A DNA stretch of 64,000 bases. Source: a virus. Location: positions 1-64,000 of the IMG/VR virus record IMGVR_UViG_3300045253_000023. One strand, given 5' to 3'. Shown here in pieces: positions 10,601-20,000 of this stretch (positions within the stretch are counted from its first letter, which is position 1; each line of letters starts with the position of its first letter). The notes below the pieces were generated by a model, which was not told the origin of the DNA, searched no databases, and saw only the letters and a program-made list of their open reading frames with translations. The translations under genes and the position numbers were made by a program.

Positions 10601-11936
10601 CGCAACCAATGTGTACTACTACAACGCATCCGGAAGCAACATCGACTATTCCGCTGTTTCTGGTGGAACACTCGAAGCAACATGGCGTACAGACAAGGGT
10701 CTCGGTAAGTGGAAGGTTGCGAACGGATTCGTTCCACCATTCATTGATGGTATCCCAGGTGTCGGTGACGCAGGTGCATATGTCTCACAGACAGTCAATT
10801 TGTCAAACCCATCTGACAACCTGACAGTGATTCTCGATGTCATGAAGAATCACAACTCATACATCAATGTGTACTACCGTACTGGCGCAGCCAATGATGA
10901 CTTCTTGTTCTCTGGTGCATACAACCAGAGTTCTTTGGACCCATCAATGTTCGTCAACCAGCCAATGAAGCTGAAGTATTTCGGCAAGACAGGCGACGCC
11001 ATCTTCTTGACAGGTAAAGACCCAGCAACTGGCACTATCAATCCACAGATGTCTGTCTCTTCATTCGAGAGTTTGAATGATCAGGCACCATCTCCTGGCG
11101 CCAGCGGCAACCTGCGATACAAGATTCACATCTCTGCTGTCTCTGAGCTCAAGCAGTTCGCTGATGGTTTGACATATGACTCAACAGGCAACATCAACAA
11201 TATCCAAGGATATGGTTCTGATCCAGTTGTTGGATCATTCTACACCAACGTGCAGAATGTGTTCGCAATGTTGGCATCTGACAACTCATTGGAGAACTTG
11301 CCTTCGAACCATCTGCCAAATTGGAGCTCAACAGCGGCATACGCAGTTGGCGACATTGTCAACACTTCCTTTGTCTTCCCAGTATCTGGAAGCCCACAGG
11401 AATTGCAAGACTTCCGTGTTTGGAAGTCCAATGCTCTCATTGCTGATCAGTGGAGCGCAAGTCCAGGAACATACGCAACCAACGACATTGTTGTTGTGCC
11501 AAATGTTCAGGGTCTGCCATATGTTGCATACAAGGCAAATGCTTCGACAGTCGGCACAGATGTCCCAGGCACATCCAGCAAGTGGGATTTGCAGGTCAAC
11601 TCAACCACCAACAATCCAATCCCAGCATTCGGCAAGGGCACCAAGCCAACTGCACTTGGAACAGCATGGACAGAGATTCCAACAATCTCACTGCGTTCAT
11701 CGTTGAAGGTTGAATCTGACTCCAGCTGGAAGCCAATGTCTCACAAGACTCCTGTCACCAGCAATGCAAACTTGGCTGATGGTCAGTTCTATGAGTACAC
11801 CTATGTTCCTGCTGTTGCTCCATCAACTGCGTTCTCGCAATTTGCGGTTCGTGTTGACTTGAGAACATCGCAGACACAGATTTCTCGTTGCTATGTACCT
11901 CAGATCAAGAACTTGCGCGCAATCGCAACACTGTAA
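4671..11936 (+). CDS. Very large baseplate/virion structural protein (VrlC/DUF4815-like)
   Basis: 2421 aa with PYYDDF...IMFNPARAVQARELTQL, NAPGADRY, RYTMADISKLEQRIQNLEEYVSLSLLE, DPLAQSF and terminal P.IKNLRAIA motifs; follows gp8. Confidence 0.85.
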   Translation: MSYQKFGSAAPYYDDFLASNNLLRIMFNPARAVQARELTQLATILQNQVAQLGNFIFKDNSNVFQAQINVSQKKPTCTIQQFAVLYNSGTHTWAPDGSTLVNILPSWIGKTFQNTDPHGSTAASKTITITGFQLPPGALPILFYEFSGADVAATDVFFDSDITGTSVGGITIATNATRSLTAECGEGIIWCRGHFVTIPAQSTIITVDAQDGKTYQVGFTITERVVTSTTEGIGLSLDDPANGSPNANAPGADRYQITPTLTSYDVNDTTVTQDFLNNFAPFVLVENAVVTDDGKNQPQFAAILDIMAKRTYDTNGDFIVDPFTMVLKEVAASVTAKPGHTLDETIAGYPGYDAAFSTAHADYLVSELNPGTAFVRGYEIQTFLTTRILVKKGRDVLGLQDVVVPVNSPFFLVANLSPLGSSIIGSADPDGQGNNLAGSGGAWLNFNHMEEINITSAPNGQGRVLSRARLHSIDRSGGVIRLYIIPGNIPGTPVIPVWGGSHGASYYSEGSLVYYTLGGIAKVYECLNNSGTFNSTIAPPDDSTNWEYIEDIAKFQTPGAVEPIQFQNLSAARSIVSVAQNNNYVNLALDASDPNNVFPIYGSNPIPLIYGVPGTQVVDALPTEMSIGTVYTYTGTVSGGNISFTSNAVSGGTFNAAETDLIVFAYVVSSSVSGATNQLLDPNQITVSGGLTSTVTLGFGSVHVAGHTGLNNGDVVTVALKETRSQIEARTKTLSSVTAQNISIADSSTDLLILSDEDVAHIVSVVQLSNNTDTSFNTAAYGGTGAGRILSNLELIKLSFDNGQRDFYYDYGSVSGFSNLYHSQYKATLAGPTVYQVNYVAYQHESNSNKLFFNKNSYSNLIGSEANLPQYPIYRSPVYGNFDLQKSIDFRRKTSEMGNTLINILMPQQFTVLELPGTTTHYVSRYDVLWVDKTGQFGITNGVPSTNPVEPVPPPNTMTLYTLGIFPYTFNTSNVQIIPHRNARYTMADISKLEQRIQNLEEYVSLSLLEQNANDLQITDPNTGFDSFKSGIFADPFTDNSRANVYDPHYRITGYSANQSATTPVEFWNMPMTVRTGFATTAKVWKDLVTLQPTGVTMLCSSLYATETLNVNPYLFYVWKGGVTLNPAVDTWYDTVWLPTINITEGSWDPPAGFNPNPVIDTIQQNWVGFVPGAAVNVSSLTNVPSGATSVPIDGSLGSSITQQLEQTIAAIGGHWQGGTIIPATPISNGETFRVTSLTGDEISLPPSSTMPNLPGIGLLFQSNGAVANAPLGNNGWNTGLNIPINISSSSTVGDIGGLGSLFQNSSGAAVLSPLFRGVNGFGDTYSKLSVTQTTTTTTTSSLVKHTQQLTSNRIVSTTQEPYMRSRQVNFIATGFRPGMSVVGTLDKKPVTLVVDSRYKTSDGRFVTSPDGTIEGSFFIPQNTFTAGTKLFQLNDSNLDAAGQSAPTSGGSANYTAFGYLITEQQTITTIRSVDVVTTTETTQNVDVNIQVYLDPLAQSFLVSIPGGVFLSSCQLFFATKSGDFSGANDGVTVNGQPLSGYLASVYGSSYPKDVNNSAPMLGQGQLILGPPGSQKVKGVPLSIYLVTMVNGQPTSHIVPFSKVTLYPDQINSNPVVPRFGRTTITWADPIYLNENQEYALVISSSSKEYNVWTATLSKQDIFQHGAANPGQGIAQQAFLGELFESKNSSTWVPNPLTNLAFALYYYQFAASNTVGLADSKKIDDVSFAGKNFTVYNPTSTYDPLSIVFFSWSNSDDGSQPDNTGFFQNLNNTTNPAGQAPASFSGGTTTYNTAFWSQLDPTGGANAYDPVNMQAVRYGSAVTPIIGELSVKGTSTLYQHVFYPTTGGAGFIPTGLTYHPVTNMDINDVSALDFGSSGSVNVEKLVDNASGTTHNYAILATLSSTNPNLTPVLDKQQMRAVLTRNLVHGIDPNLLWGGQNFGDILSTMSGSGIQAAFDLAKLASVVYSPNAVIFVGGATNVYYYNASGSNIDYSAVSGGTLEATWRTDKGLGKWKVANGFVPPFIDGIPGVGDAGAYVSQTVNLSNPSDNLTVILDVMKNHNSYINVYYRTGAANDDFLFSGAYNQSSLDPSMFVNQPMKLKYFGKTGDAIFLTGKDPATGTINPQMSVSSFESLNDQAPSPGASGNLRYKIHISAVSELKQFADGLTYDSTGNINNIQGYGSDPVVGSFYTNVQNVFAMLASDNSLENLPSNHLPNWSSTAAYAVGDIVNTSFVFPVSGSPQELQDFRVWKSNALIADQWSASPGTYATNDIVVVPNVQGLPYVAYKANASTVGTDVPGTSSKWDLQVNSTTNNPIPAFGKGTKPTALGTAWTEIPTISLRSSLKVESDSSWKPMSHKTPVTSNANLADGQFYEYTYVPAVAPSTAFSQFAVRVDLRTSQTQISRCYVPQIKNLRAIATL

Positions 11937-11951
11937 CACCAAGGAACCAAC

Positions 11952-12263
11952 ATGTCGAAGTTTGTCACAAAAGCCATCCGTGATCCATTTTCAAAGGCTG
12001 TCATCTTCACTGACAAGTCAGAGTATGCGCGCGCTCTGATTCGACGCAATCGCTCAATTGAAATTCGTCGCCAGAATGAGGAACATGAGGCCATGAAGAA
12101 GCGAGTCGAAAACCATGATATGTTGCTACGATCACATGGAGAGCTGGCTAATCAACACCAGGACTTGAAAACGCAACATCAGGAACTCAAGGCTCAGTTT
12201 GCAGAGTTGAGAGATATGCTAAGTAAGGTTGCTGCTGACGTCAAGTCAGCCCACAAAGCATAA
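11952..12263 (+). CDS. Small coiled-coil protein following the VrlC-like gene
   Basis: 103 aa, AAGGA SD, RDPFSKAVIFTDKSEY N-terminus then a heptad-rich C-terminus. Confidence 0.7.
   Translation: MSKFVTKAIRDPFSKAVIFTDKSEYARALIRRNRSIEIRRQNEEHEAMKKRVENHDMLLRSHGELANQHQDLKTQHQELKAQFAELRDMLSKVAADVKSAHKA
12219..12225 (+). promoter_or_regulatory. Putative late promoter CTAAGTA
   Basis: Motif copy about 70 nt upstream of the fibre gene at 12294. Confidence 0.45.
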
Positions 12264-12293
12264 CAAGTCGTTACAACCTAGGACACATCACGG

Positions 12294-13784
12294 ATGAGCA
12301 TTCCAAACAGCGCATACTATGCGTCGACAACCAAGACATGGACGAGTCTGGATTCCTATGCCGTCAACGACGTCGTGGTTTACAACCAGAAGCTGTATCA
12401 ATGTTCAGTTACCAGAACAGCAACAGCAACGACACCTGATGTTGACACCTCTCACTGGAATTTCCTGAACAACTATCTGCCTGCACAAGCAGTTGCGACA
12501 GATACATTCAAGACACTTCGCGAAGACATGGATTACCAGTTGCTTGGTACAGGCAACGTTGACTATCGTCTGACCAAAGCAGAGCTGGATGTTCTCAACA
12601 TCCTCAACAACAACTTCGGTGGATACTCTGCGCCACGCACAGGTTTGAATGCTCGCCTGACCACAGATGAAACTGCTATCACAGCCATCTTGGGATTGAC
12701 TGGCGCTCCATACACTGGTTCTGCGCTCAACACAGAAATCACTTCTCTGGAAACCAAGATTGCTAATGTCGTTGGTCAATCTGGTGCACCATACACTGGT
12801 TCTGCGCTTGCAACAACAATCACTTCTTTGCAGACACAGATCACCAATGTCGTTGGTCAATCTGGTGCACCATACACTGGTTCTGCGCTTGCAACAACAA
12901 TTGCTTCTGTTCTTTCGCGACTCACCACAGATGAAGGTGCAATCAATGCAATCTTGGCATTGAGTGGTTCTCCATACACTGGTTCTGCGTTGAAGACAGA
13001 GATTGATGGACTCGAAACCAAGATTGCAAATGTTGTTGCTCAGTCTGGCGCTCCATATACATCGAGCGCATTGGCAACAACACTGACATCATTGCAGACA
13101 CAGATCACCAACGTGGTTGCTCAGTCTGGTGCTCCATATGCTGGTTCCGCAATCGCAACAACACTGACTTCACTTCAGTCTCAATTGACTGCTATCTTGA
13201 GTCAAACTGGTTCGCCATACACTGGTTCTGCAATTGCCACCACGTTGACATCATTGCAGACACAGATCACAGCAATCAATGCCTATGGTTATGCGCGATT
13301 CAAGAATGCTTGGGTCACATCAACCGCATATGCTGTTGGTGATACTGTAACTCAAGGCACATTCTCTTCTGTCTATGTTTGCGCAACTGCACATACATCT
13401 GGAACCTTCGCAACTGATTTGGGCGCGGGCAAGTGGGTGCTGTTCCTTGATCTGACTGGAGCATTCAAGAAGTATCAGATCGTTGCTTCTTCAAGCACAC
13501 CAACATTGGCAGCAACTGCTGGTGGTTCATACTTCCTGGATTCGACTGGTGGTCCAATGACCATCAATCTGCCAACAACACCAACCATCGGCGACCCACC
13601 AATCAACTTCACGCATATTGATGGAGACTTGACTGATGTTGGTAATGCCTTCTCAATCACCATTGCGCATGGATCAAAGAACATCATGGGATTTGCTGAA
13701 GACCTGAAGCTCGACAAGAACAATGTATCATTCACTCTTGTCTATTCTGACACAACTCATGGTTGGAGGATAACCATCCTCTAA
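12294..13784 (+). CDS. Segmented coiled-coil fibre protein with carbohydrate-binding-like modules
   Basis: 496 aa; 27-aa repeats ([27 protein letters not shown]) flanked by W...Y.V.D.V modules; C-terminal [15 protein letters not shown]...[10 protein letters not shown] fibre domain. Confidence 0.75.
   Translation: MSIPNSAYYASTTKTWTSLDSYAVNDVVVYNQKLYQCSVTRTATATTPDVDTSHWNFLNNYLPAQAVATDTFKTLREDMDYQLLGTGNVDYRLTKAELDVLNILNNNFGGYSAPRTGLNARLTTDETAITAILGLTGAPYTGSALNTEITSLETKIANVVGQSGAPYTGSALATTITSLQTQITNVVGQSGAPYTGSALATTIASVLSRLTTDEGAINAILALSGSPYTGSALKTEIDGLETKIANVVAQSGAPYTSSALATTLTSLQTQITNVVAQSGAPYAGSAIATTLTSLQSQLTAILSQTGSPYTGSAIATTLTSLQTQITAINAYGYARFKNAWVTSTAYAVGDTVTQGTFSSVYVCATAHTSGTFATDLGAGKWVLFLDLTGAFKKYQIVASSSTPTLAATAGGSYFLDSTGGPMTINLPTTPTIGDPPINFTHIDGDLTDVGNAFSITIAHGSKNIMGFAEDLKLDKNNVSFTLVYSDTTHGWRITIL
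12702..13290 (+). repeat. Tandem 81-nt (27-aa) coding repeats, 7 units
   Basis: G(A/S)PY units start at 12702, 12783, 12864, 12966, 13047, 13128 and 13209; one spacing is 102 nt. Confidence 0.9.
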
Positions 13785-14560
13785 TGACTAAGCTCTATTC
13801 CTTCTTCCTTCCAATTGGTCCGCAAGGACCAACTGGTCCAGCAGGACCAACAGGTGCCCAGGGTTCAACTGGACCAACGGGTCCGAATGGACCAAATGGA
13901 CCAAATGGACCTCAAGGTGCTCAGGGAACAACTGGTCCTCAAGGCACTCAAGGTGCTACTGGTCCAAATGGTTTGCTTGGTCCGCAGGGCGCGGCTGGTG
14001 CGAATGGTCCGCAGGGCGCGGCTGGTCCAACAGGATCACAAGGAGCAACTGGTGGAACAGGAACAACTGGTCCACAGGGTGCTCAAGGTGCTCAGGGAGC
14101 AACTGGTCCAAATGGTCCAACAGGTGCTACTGGTCCAACAGGATCACAAGGTGCTCAAGGAAATCAAGGATCGATTGGTGCTCAAGGATCACCAGGAACA
14201 CTTGGTCCGCAAGGATTCCAGGGAGCAACTGGTCCTACTGGCGCAACTGGTCCAACAGGTGCTCAAGGTGCCGCTGGTCCAACAGGTGCTCAAGGTGCTC
14301 AAGGAGCAACTGGTCCTCAAGGATTCCAAGGAGTCGCTGGTCCAACAGGTGCTCAAGGTCCAACAGGAGCCGCTGGTCCAACAGGTGTTCAAGGTGCTCA
14401 AGGAGCAACTGGTCCAACAGGTGCTGCAGGCCCAACTGGTCCGCAAGGCTCGTCAGGCGGAACTGGTCCAACAGGCCCAACTGGCCCAACAGGCGGAACT
14501 GGTCCTCAAGGTGCTGTTGGTCCTCAAGGATTCCAAGGCCCAACTGGCCCAACAGGCTAA
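13784..14560 (+). CDS. Collagen-like protein 1 (nearly pure Gly-X-Y)
   Basis: Starts at a TAATG overlap with GGAGGA SD; uninterrupted [12 protein letters not shown] triplets to the C-terminus. Confidence 0.9.
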   Translation: MTKLYSFFLPIGPQGPTGPAGPTGAQGSTGPTGPNGPNGPNGPQGAQGTTGPQGTQGATGPNGLLGPQGAAGANGPQGAAGPTGSQGATGGTGTTGPQGAQGAQGATGPNGPTGATGPTGSQGAQGNQGSIGAQGSPGTLGPQGFQGATGPTGATGPTGAQGAAGPTGAQGAQGATGPQGFQGVAGPTGAQGPTGAAGPTGVQGAQGATGPTGAAGPTGPQGSSGGTGPTGPTGPTGGTGPQGAVGPQGFQGPTGPTG

Positions 14561-14566
14561 TCTGCA

Positions 14567-15712
14567 ATGACAAAAACGGTGTCCTTCTTCAAGATTGGTA
14601 ACATTGGCCCAATGGGATCGACTGGGCCAACGGGCGCGATTGGGCCATTAGGCTCGGCTGGTCCTGCTGGAACTCAAGGCACTCAAGGCACTCAAGGTTC
14701 AACTGGTTTTGTTGGTTCAACAGGTCCAACAGGACATGCTGGACCAACGGGAACAACAGGTGCTCAAGGACCAACAGGAACTCCAAACGGAACTCAGGGC
14801 GCAGTTGGTCCAACAGGTCCAACTGGTCCTGTCGGTTCGATCGGCCCAACTGGAGCAACTGGCCCTCAGGGATTCGTTGGAAAAGTTGGTCCTCAATCTG
14901 GTGTCCAAGGTCCAACAGGAACTCAGGGTGCCCAAGGATCACAAGGTGCCCAAGGATCACAAGGTGTCAAGGGTGCTCCTGGAGCAACTGGCACTCAAGG
15001 TCCACAAGGAAATGTCGGAACTCAAGGTTCAAGCGGTGGAACGGGCGCTCAAGGACCAACAGGCGCAGCACCAGTCGGACCAGTCGGTTCAATTGGTCCT
15101 CGTGGTCCTCAAGGATTCGCAGGCACAGCACCAGTTGGTGCTCAAGGCCCAGCGTCAGCAGTTACTGGTCCGCAAGGACCAACAGGGTTTGCTGGTCCAA
15201 CAGGCCCAGCATCTGGCGTTCAAGGTGGAACAGGACCAACAGGTCATGCTGGACCAACTGGTTCGGCTGGTCCAACAGGAGCAACTGGTCCCCAAGGAGC
15301 TCAGGGTGCTCGTGGTCCTCAAGGTGCAACTGGCGCGCAAGGCCCAACCAACACATCTACCATCTTCCCTGGCCCAGCCGATGGTTCAACTTTGGTTTTT
15401 GGTTCACTCTCTCCTGGTACATTCTCGAAAGATTCTGGATCATATTCTGCTGTTGGTAGAGTTGGAGGCACAATCACTGGTTATTCATGGTCGTCGACCG
15501 TGATATCGTCAGATAGTGGTTTCTTGACTGCGTCTCCAAATTCTCCAAGCGCATCATCATCAACCATTCACGTTACAGATAAGGTCAAACCAGGAGCTGG
15601 TACAGATAATTTTGGTGTGTTGCATATTGCAGTCACAATCTCATATTCTGTTGGTCCGCCAGCTACAAGTGCGTTCCGTGTACTAAATACAGATTGGCAG
15701 AACCAAAACTAA
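14567..15712 (+). CDS. Collagen-like protein 2 with C-terminal beta-rich domain
   Basis: 381 aa; Gly-X-Y repeats with a few interruptions followed by a ~120-aa Ser/Thr-rich globular tail. Confidence 0.9.
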   Translation: MTKTVSFFKIGNIGPMGSTGPTGAIGPLGSAGPAGTQGTQGTQGSTGFVGSTGPTGHAGPTGTTGAQGPTGTPNGTQGAVGPTGPTGPVGSIGPTGATGPQGFVGKVGPQSGVQGPTGTQGAQGSQGAQGSQGVKGAPGATGTQGPQGNVGTQGSSGGTGAQGPTGAAPVGPVGSIGPRGPQGFAGTAPVGAQGPASAVTGPQGPTGFAGPTGPASGVQGGTGPTGHAGPTGSAGPTGATGPQGAQGARGPQGATGAQGPTNTSTIFPGPADGSTLVFGSLSPGTFSKDSGSYSAVGRVGGTITGYSWSSTVISSDSGFLTASPNSPSASSSTIHVTDKVKPGAGTDNFGVLHIAVTISYSVGPPATSAFRVLNTDWQNQN

Positions 15713-15731
15713 TCCAGAGGAATTCTATATC

Positions 15732-16355
15732 ATGTTGATGAAAGACCGTATATTCATGCCACCAGAAAGACCAGAATTCCCAAACTATGTCTTCACGAAA
15801 AACTTCTTGACAATATCAGAATGTGAACGATTGATTGGTGAGTGCGGAGAACATCCAGAACTGAAGTTCGCTGTTATTGGGAATGGAAGCGATGGAGTGT
15901 CTCAAGAAAACCTGGCATATCGAACAGTCAAAGTCAAACATCTTTGGGAAGACAGTTTTGATTGGGTGTATACCAAACTCCATGATGAGATTCTCAAAGT
16001 CAACAAGATTTTTGAATTTGATCTCTCTGGGATTGATGAGAACTTTCAGTTTCTGAGATATGATTCTCAGCCAGAAGGATCGGTCATTCCTCCTGGTCAC
16101 TATGGTTGGCATCAAGACTACGGTGGTGGCCCATACTCTAGGCGCAAGATTTCTGTAGTGGTGAACTTGTCGCCACCTGCAAATTACAAGGGTTGCTCTC
16201 TTGAAATCATGACACACAATGCGTTCACAGTTTCGCATACAGAACCAGGAACAATGATCACGTTTCCTTCATATCTACCACATCATGTGACGGATATCAC
16301 AGAAGGAACCAGATTTGCTTTGGTCACGTGGATATCTGGTCCGCGCTTCAAATGA
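15732..16355 (+). CDS. 2OG-Fe(II) oxygenase (prolyl-hydroxylase/PKHD-like)
   Basis: HYGWHQD (HxD), RKISVVVNLS, FPSYLPHHVT (distal His) and GTRFALVTW (2OG-binding Arg); CTAAATA at 15683-15689 upstream. Confidence 0.9.
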   Translation: MLMKDRIFMPPERPEFPNYVFTKNFLTISECERLIGECGEHPELKFAVIGNGSDGVSQENLAYRTVKVKHLWEDSFDWVYTKLHDEILKVNKIFEFDLSGIDENFQFLRYDSQPEGSVIPPGHYGWHQDYGGGPYSRRKISVVVNLSPPANYKGCSLEIMTHNAFTVSHTEPGTMITFPSYLPHHVTDITEGTRFALVTWISGPRFK

Positions 16356-16362
16356 CTAAGTA
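16356..16362 (+). promoter_or_regulatory. Putative late promoter CTAAGTA
   Basis: Intergenic motif copy about 45 nt before 16407. Confidence 0.6.
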
Positions 16363-16406
16363 GAATCACAATCGCGTATATTCCTAACACATGGACGTAT
16401 CTGAAT

Positions 16407-17024
16407 ATGAAAAATGTAATCCTTGGATTCCTACTCTTGACATTGGTGACTTTGTTTTCTCCAGTGGCTTTTGCAGATGACCAGCCAATCTTTGTTTCGC
16501 AAGCAACAAAAGACATGTCTGGCGACTACTATGCTGTCAGACAGTCAACACTGACTGGCGCAAGCACCGACTTGGCTTCACCAAACAGCGGAGTTGCTCT
16601 TGAAGTATTCCCTGCTGGAGACAGCATCTTCGGTGGCACATTCGTTGGCACCTTTGTTTTCGGTCAGGTGTATCTGGCTGGTTCTCCATGGTTCACATTC
16701 CAAACAGACCATGCTGATCAATTGAATGCTCAGTATCAAACAGCATTCTCCGTTGTCCTCGTAAGTACAACAATGACACCAGCTGGGACCGCAGTCAATG
16801 CGCAACTCGGTGAAGGTACGTTGACTTTTGATCCAGGATCAAATGGCGATGGACATACAGCGGATTTGTTGATGCATTTCGATGCACCATTCACTCTCTA
16901 CGGAACGTCAGTGAATAATGTGAGATTTCGTCTGCATCGCTTCTCAACATCTGCTGTTGATGCATGCTTGCCTGTTGATCAGTTCTCACCAGTTGCACCA
17001 TACGGAACGCTTCCTTGCCATTAA
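16407..17024 (+). CDS. Secreted/periplasmic protein with Sec signal peptide
   Basis: MKNVILGFLLLTLVTLFSPVAFA-DD signal peptide (A-F-A site); beta-rich mature part with a C-terminal Cys pair. Confidence 0.7.
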   Translation: MKNVILGFLLLTLVTLFSPVAFADDQPIFVSQATKDMSGDYYAVRQSTLTGASTDLASPNSGVALEVFPAGDSIFGGTFVGTFVFGQVYLAGSPWFTFQTDHADQLNAQYQTAFSVVLVSTTMTPAGTAVNAQLGEGTLTFDPGSNGDGHTADLLMHFDAPFTLYGTSVNNVRFRLHRFSTSAVDACLPVDQFSPVAPYGTLPCH

Positions 17025-17067
17025 GATAATGATGGGAAGCCCGTCCCATCAACAAGGAAGTTGAAGA

Positions 17068-20000
17068 ATGTCGGGCATTCAGCCTCTATACATCAAGCCA
17101 AATGGCTCAGTTATCAAAAAGTCGGAGCTCACAGGCTCCGACTTGACTGATGTCAACAATGACGTTGGTGCGGCAGCTATTGCTGGCGGCGCGGGTGCAT
17201 CTCCGACTTCTCTGATTGTAACACATACACCAGTCAACTATTCAATTGGCGGAGCAATTCCGCCAGTGTCGAAATATGTCGACACACATCTTGCTGGTAT
17301 TGACACTGAGCTTGGAGTCATTCTTGGACTCATTGGCGGTGGTTCCTCTGGATGGAACACAGGAGCAGATTCACCAGTTCCAAGTGGCACAACCAATATT
17401 GATTGGACTGTGTACAATGCGTTCAAAGTAACGCTTCCAAGTCTACACTTCACACAACCAACAATCACAATAGCATTTACTGCGCCTCCTGCGTTGCCAT
17501 CAATGCTTGTGCTTGAACTTTTCCAACCAACACATTTGATTGGTTGGAGAGAAACAAATTTGGCTGGATCAACATTGCCATCTCTTCAGATTTCTGGTGG
17601 TGGCATCATTCCTGCTTCTTTGAATCAAAGTGAAACTTTGGTGCTGACTCTTTGGTGGGATGGCACCAATTACAACGTCACATCAATCAATTCCAGCGCA
17701 CAATATCCATATGGAGCACCAACATTTTCGACATTCAATGCTGGTCCTGGTTTGGTTTCTGATCCAGGGACAGATGGATTCATTCTGACGTCACATGGTT
17801 GGGATGTTCCAGCATTTGATGCTTCTGCTATCATCTCTGGTGTCTTTTCAACTGCACGCATTCCAAGTCTTGATGCCTCAATTATCACAACAGGTGTGAT
17901 CGCAACTGCGCGCCTGGGTTCTGGCACCGCTGCTGCAAACAGTTATCTTGCTGGCGATCAAACATACAAAAGTGCTCTTGTTCCTGCTTCTGTTGCAGCA
18001 ACAGGCACAGTTACTGGATCAAACATTTCTGGTTCAACATCCGGAACCAACACTGGTGACGTTACACTCGCAGCAGTGGGTTCAACTCCAAATGCGAATG
18101 CAGCAACATTGTCTGGTCAGGTTCTCAATCTACAACCAGCTAATGGCACAACACCTGGTGTATTGACTGCTCTTGCTCAAACAATTGGTGGTGTCAAAAC
18201 ATTCACATCCAATCCAATCATCACAGGAAGTCAACCACTTCTCGATATCACAGATACACATTCTGGTGGTAAGCATTGGCAGCTCCGTTCTGGTTTAGCT
18301 GGTGTTGATGTCCTTGACTTCTATAGTGTCAACAATTCCAAGACTCTCATCTCCTTCCAAGCAGATGGTAATGTCAACATCGGAGCTGGAAGCAACCCAG
18401 CCAACAACTCACGATTGTATGTGTTTGGCGGAGCAAATGGCGCTAACATCGATGTTCGTGGTGATGCCGCTGTTCAAGATCAAGCTGTCATTGAGCTAGA
18501 AGGCTCTGACTACGATACCAACTTCAACTCTGTTCGTGTTCAGAACTATGGTGTCGCCAATGTCTTCGGCAACACCATGGGTTACACCAACACCAATCTT
18601 CAAGGATTGATGTTCCAAGGCGTTGACACTGTCACCGCGATGGTTGTGGCACTGGGCAACTTCGACATCCACTTTGGAACCAACTTCAAAGAATGGATGG
18701 ACTTGACCAAGCTCGGCAATCTTGGTATTCACACAACATCACCAACTGCGAACTTCCAAGTCAACCAAGCAACATATGGTCCTGGCACAGTATCCAATGG
18801 AGCTGGCGGCACCACAGTGACTGGTGTCGGAACACAATTCACCAACACATTCAAAATTGGCGACACAATCACCATTGGTTCTGAAACCAAGGCAATTTCT
18901 GCAATTGCTTCAGACACATCGATGACCACTGCGTCATTCACCAGCGCACACAGTGGTCTTTCATATACACTTGTTGGCGGAACGCGATTCCAGGTCTTTG
19001 GTAATGGTGCAGCCACAATGGCTGGCACATTCACGGCTGGCAATTTCTCTGGAACATCTTCCGGAACAAACACTGGCGACGTGACGCTGACTGCTGTCGG
19101 TTCATCTCCATCGGCAAATGGCGCTACATTGTCTGGTCAAGCACTCACTCTTCAACCAGCTGATGGAACACATCCTGGATTGTTGACTTCTGGCGCACAA
19201 ACCATAGGCGGAGCGAAGACATTCTCTGCTGCTATTTCGGCATCAAATCTATCCGGAACCAATACTGGTGATCAGACAATCACCTTGACATCAGACGTCA
19301 CAGGCTCCGGAACAGGCTCGTTCGCTACGACAATCTCTGCGGCTGCCGTGACCCTTGCCAAGATGGCGAACCTCGCAGCAAACTCGATCATCGGTAACAA
19401 CACTGGATCGGCTGCTACACCTATTGCGTTGACTACAACTCAGACCAAGGCATTGTTGGCAATTGCTAACACCGATGTCAGTGGTTTGGGAACCATGTCG
19501 ACACAGAATTCAAACGCAGTCAGCATCAGCGGCGGAACCATTACAACCACTGGCTTGGCATCAGAGACATTCTCTACTGCTGCTGCGGTGTCTGCTGCTG
19601 GTTCAACTCAAGGCACAGCAACTGCCATCACAAATGATTTCAATGTGATCACCACAGTTGCTTCTTCAACTGGTGTTGTCTTGCCTACAGCAACCGTCGG
19701 AAGACGTATGGTTGTTGTTAACAAGGGTGCAAATCCTCTTGCTGTCTATCCTGCTTCTGGAGCATCAATTGATGCTCTCTCAGCCAATGCCGCAGTTACA
19801 ATTCCAGTTGCTGGTTGGGTTGAGTTTGACGCATCATCCACCACTCAATGGTATTCGACATTCAATGCCATCTCAACCTCGGCATTGACAGGTGATGTGA
19901 CAGCTTCTGGAACAACCAACACGATGGCAACCACCATCGCTGCTGGTGCAGTCACATTGACAAAGATGGCGAACCTTGCTGCCAATAGCATCATTGGAAA

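Noticed and set aside
12702-13290. Regularly spaced repeats resembling a CRISPR array
   Set aside because: The repeats are in-frame coding units with synonymous variation and related intervening sequence; no cas genes.
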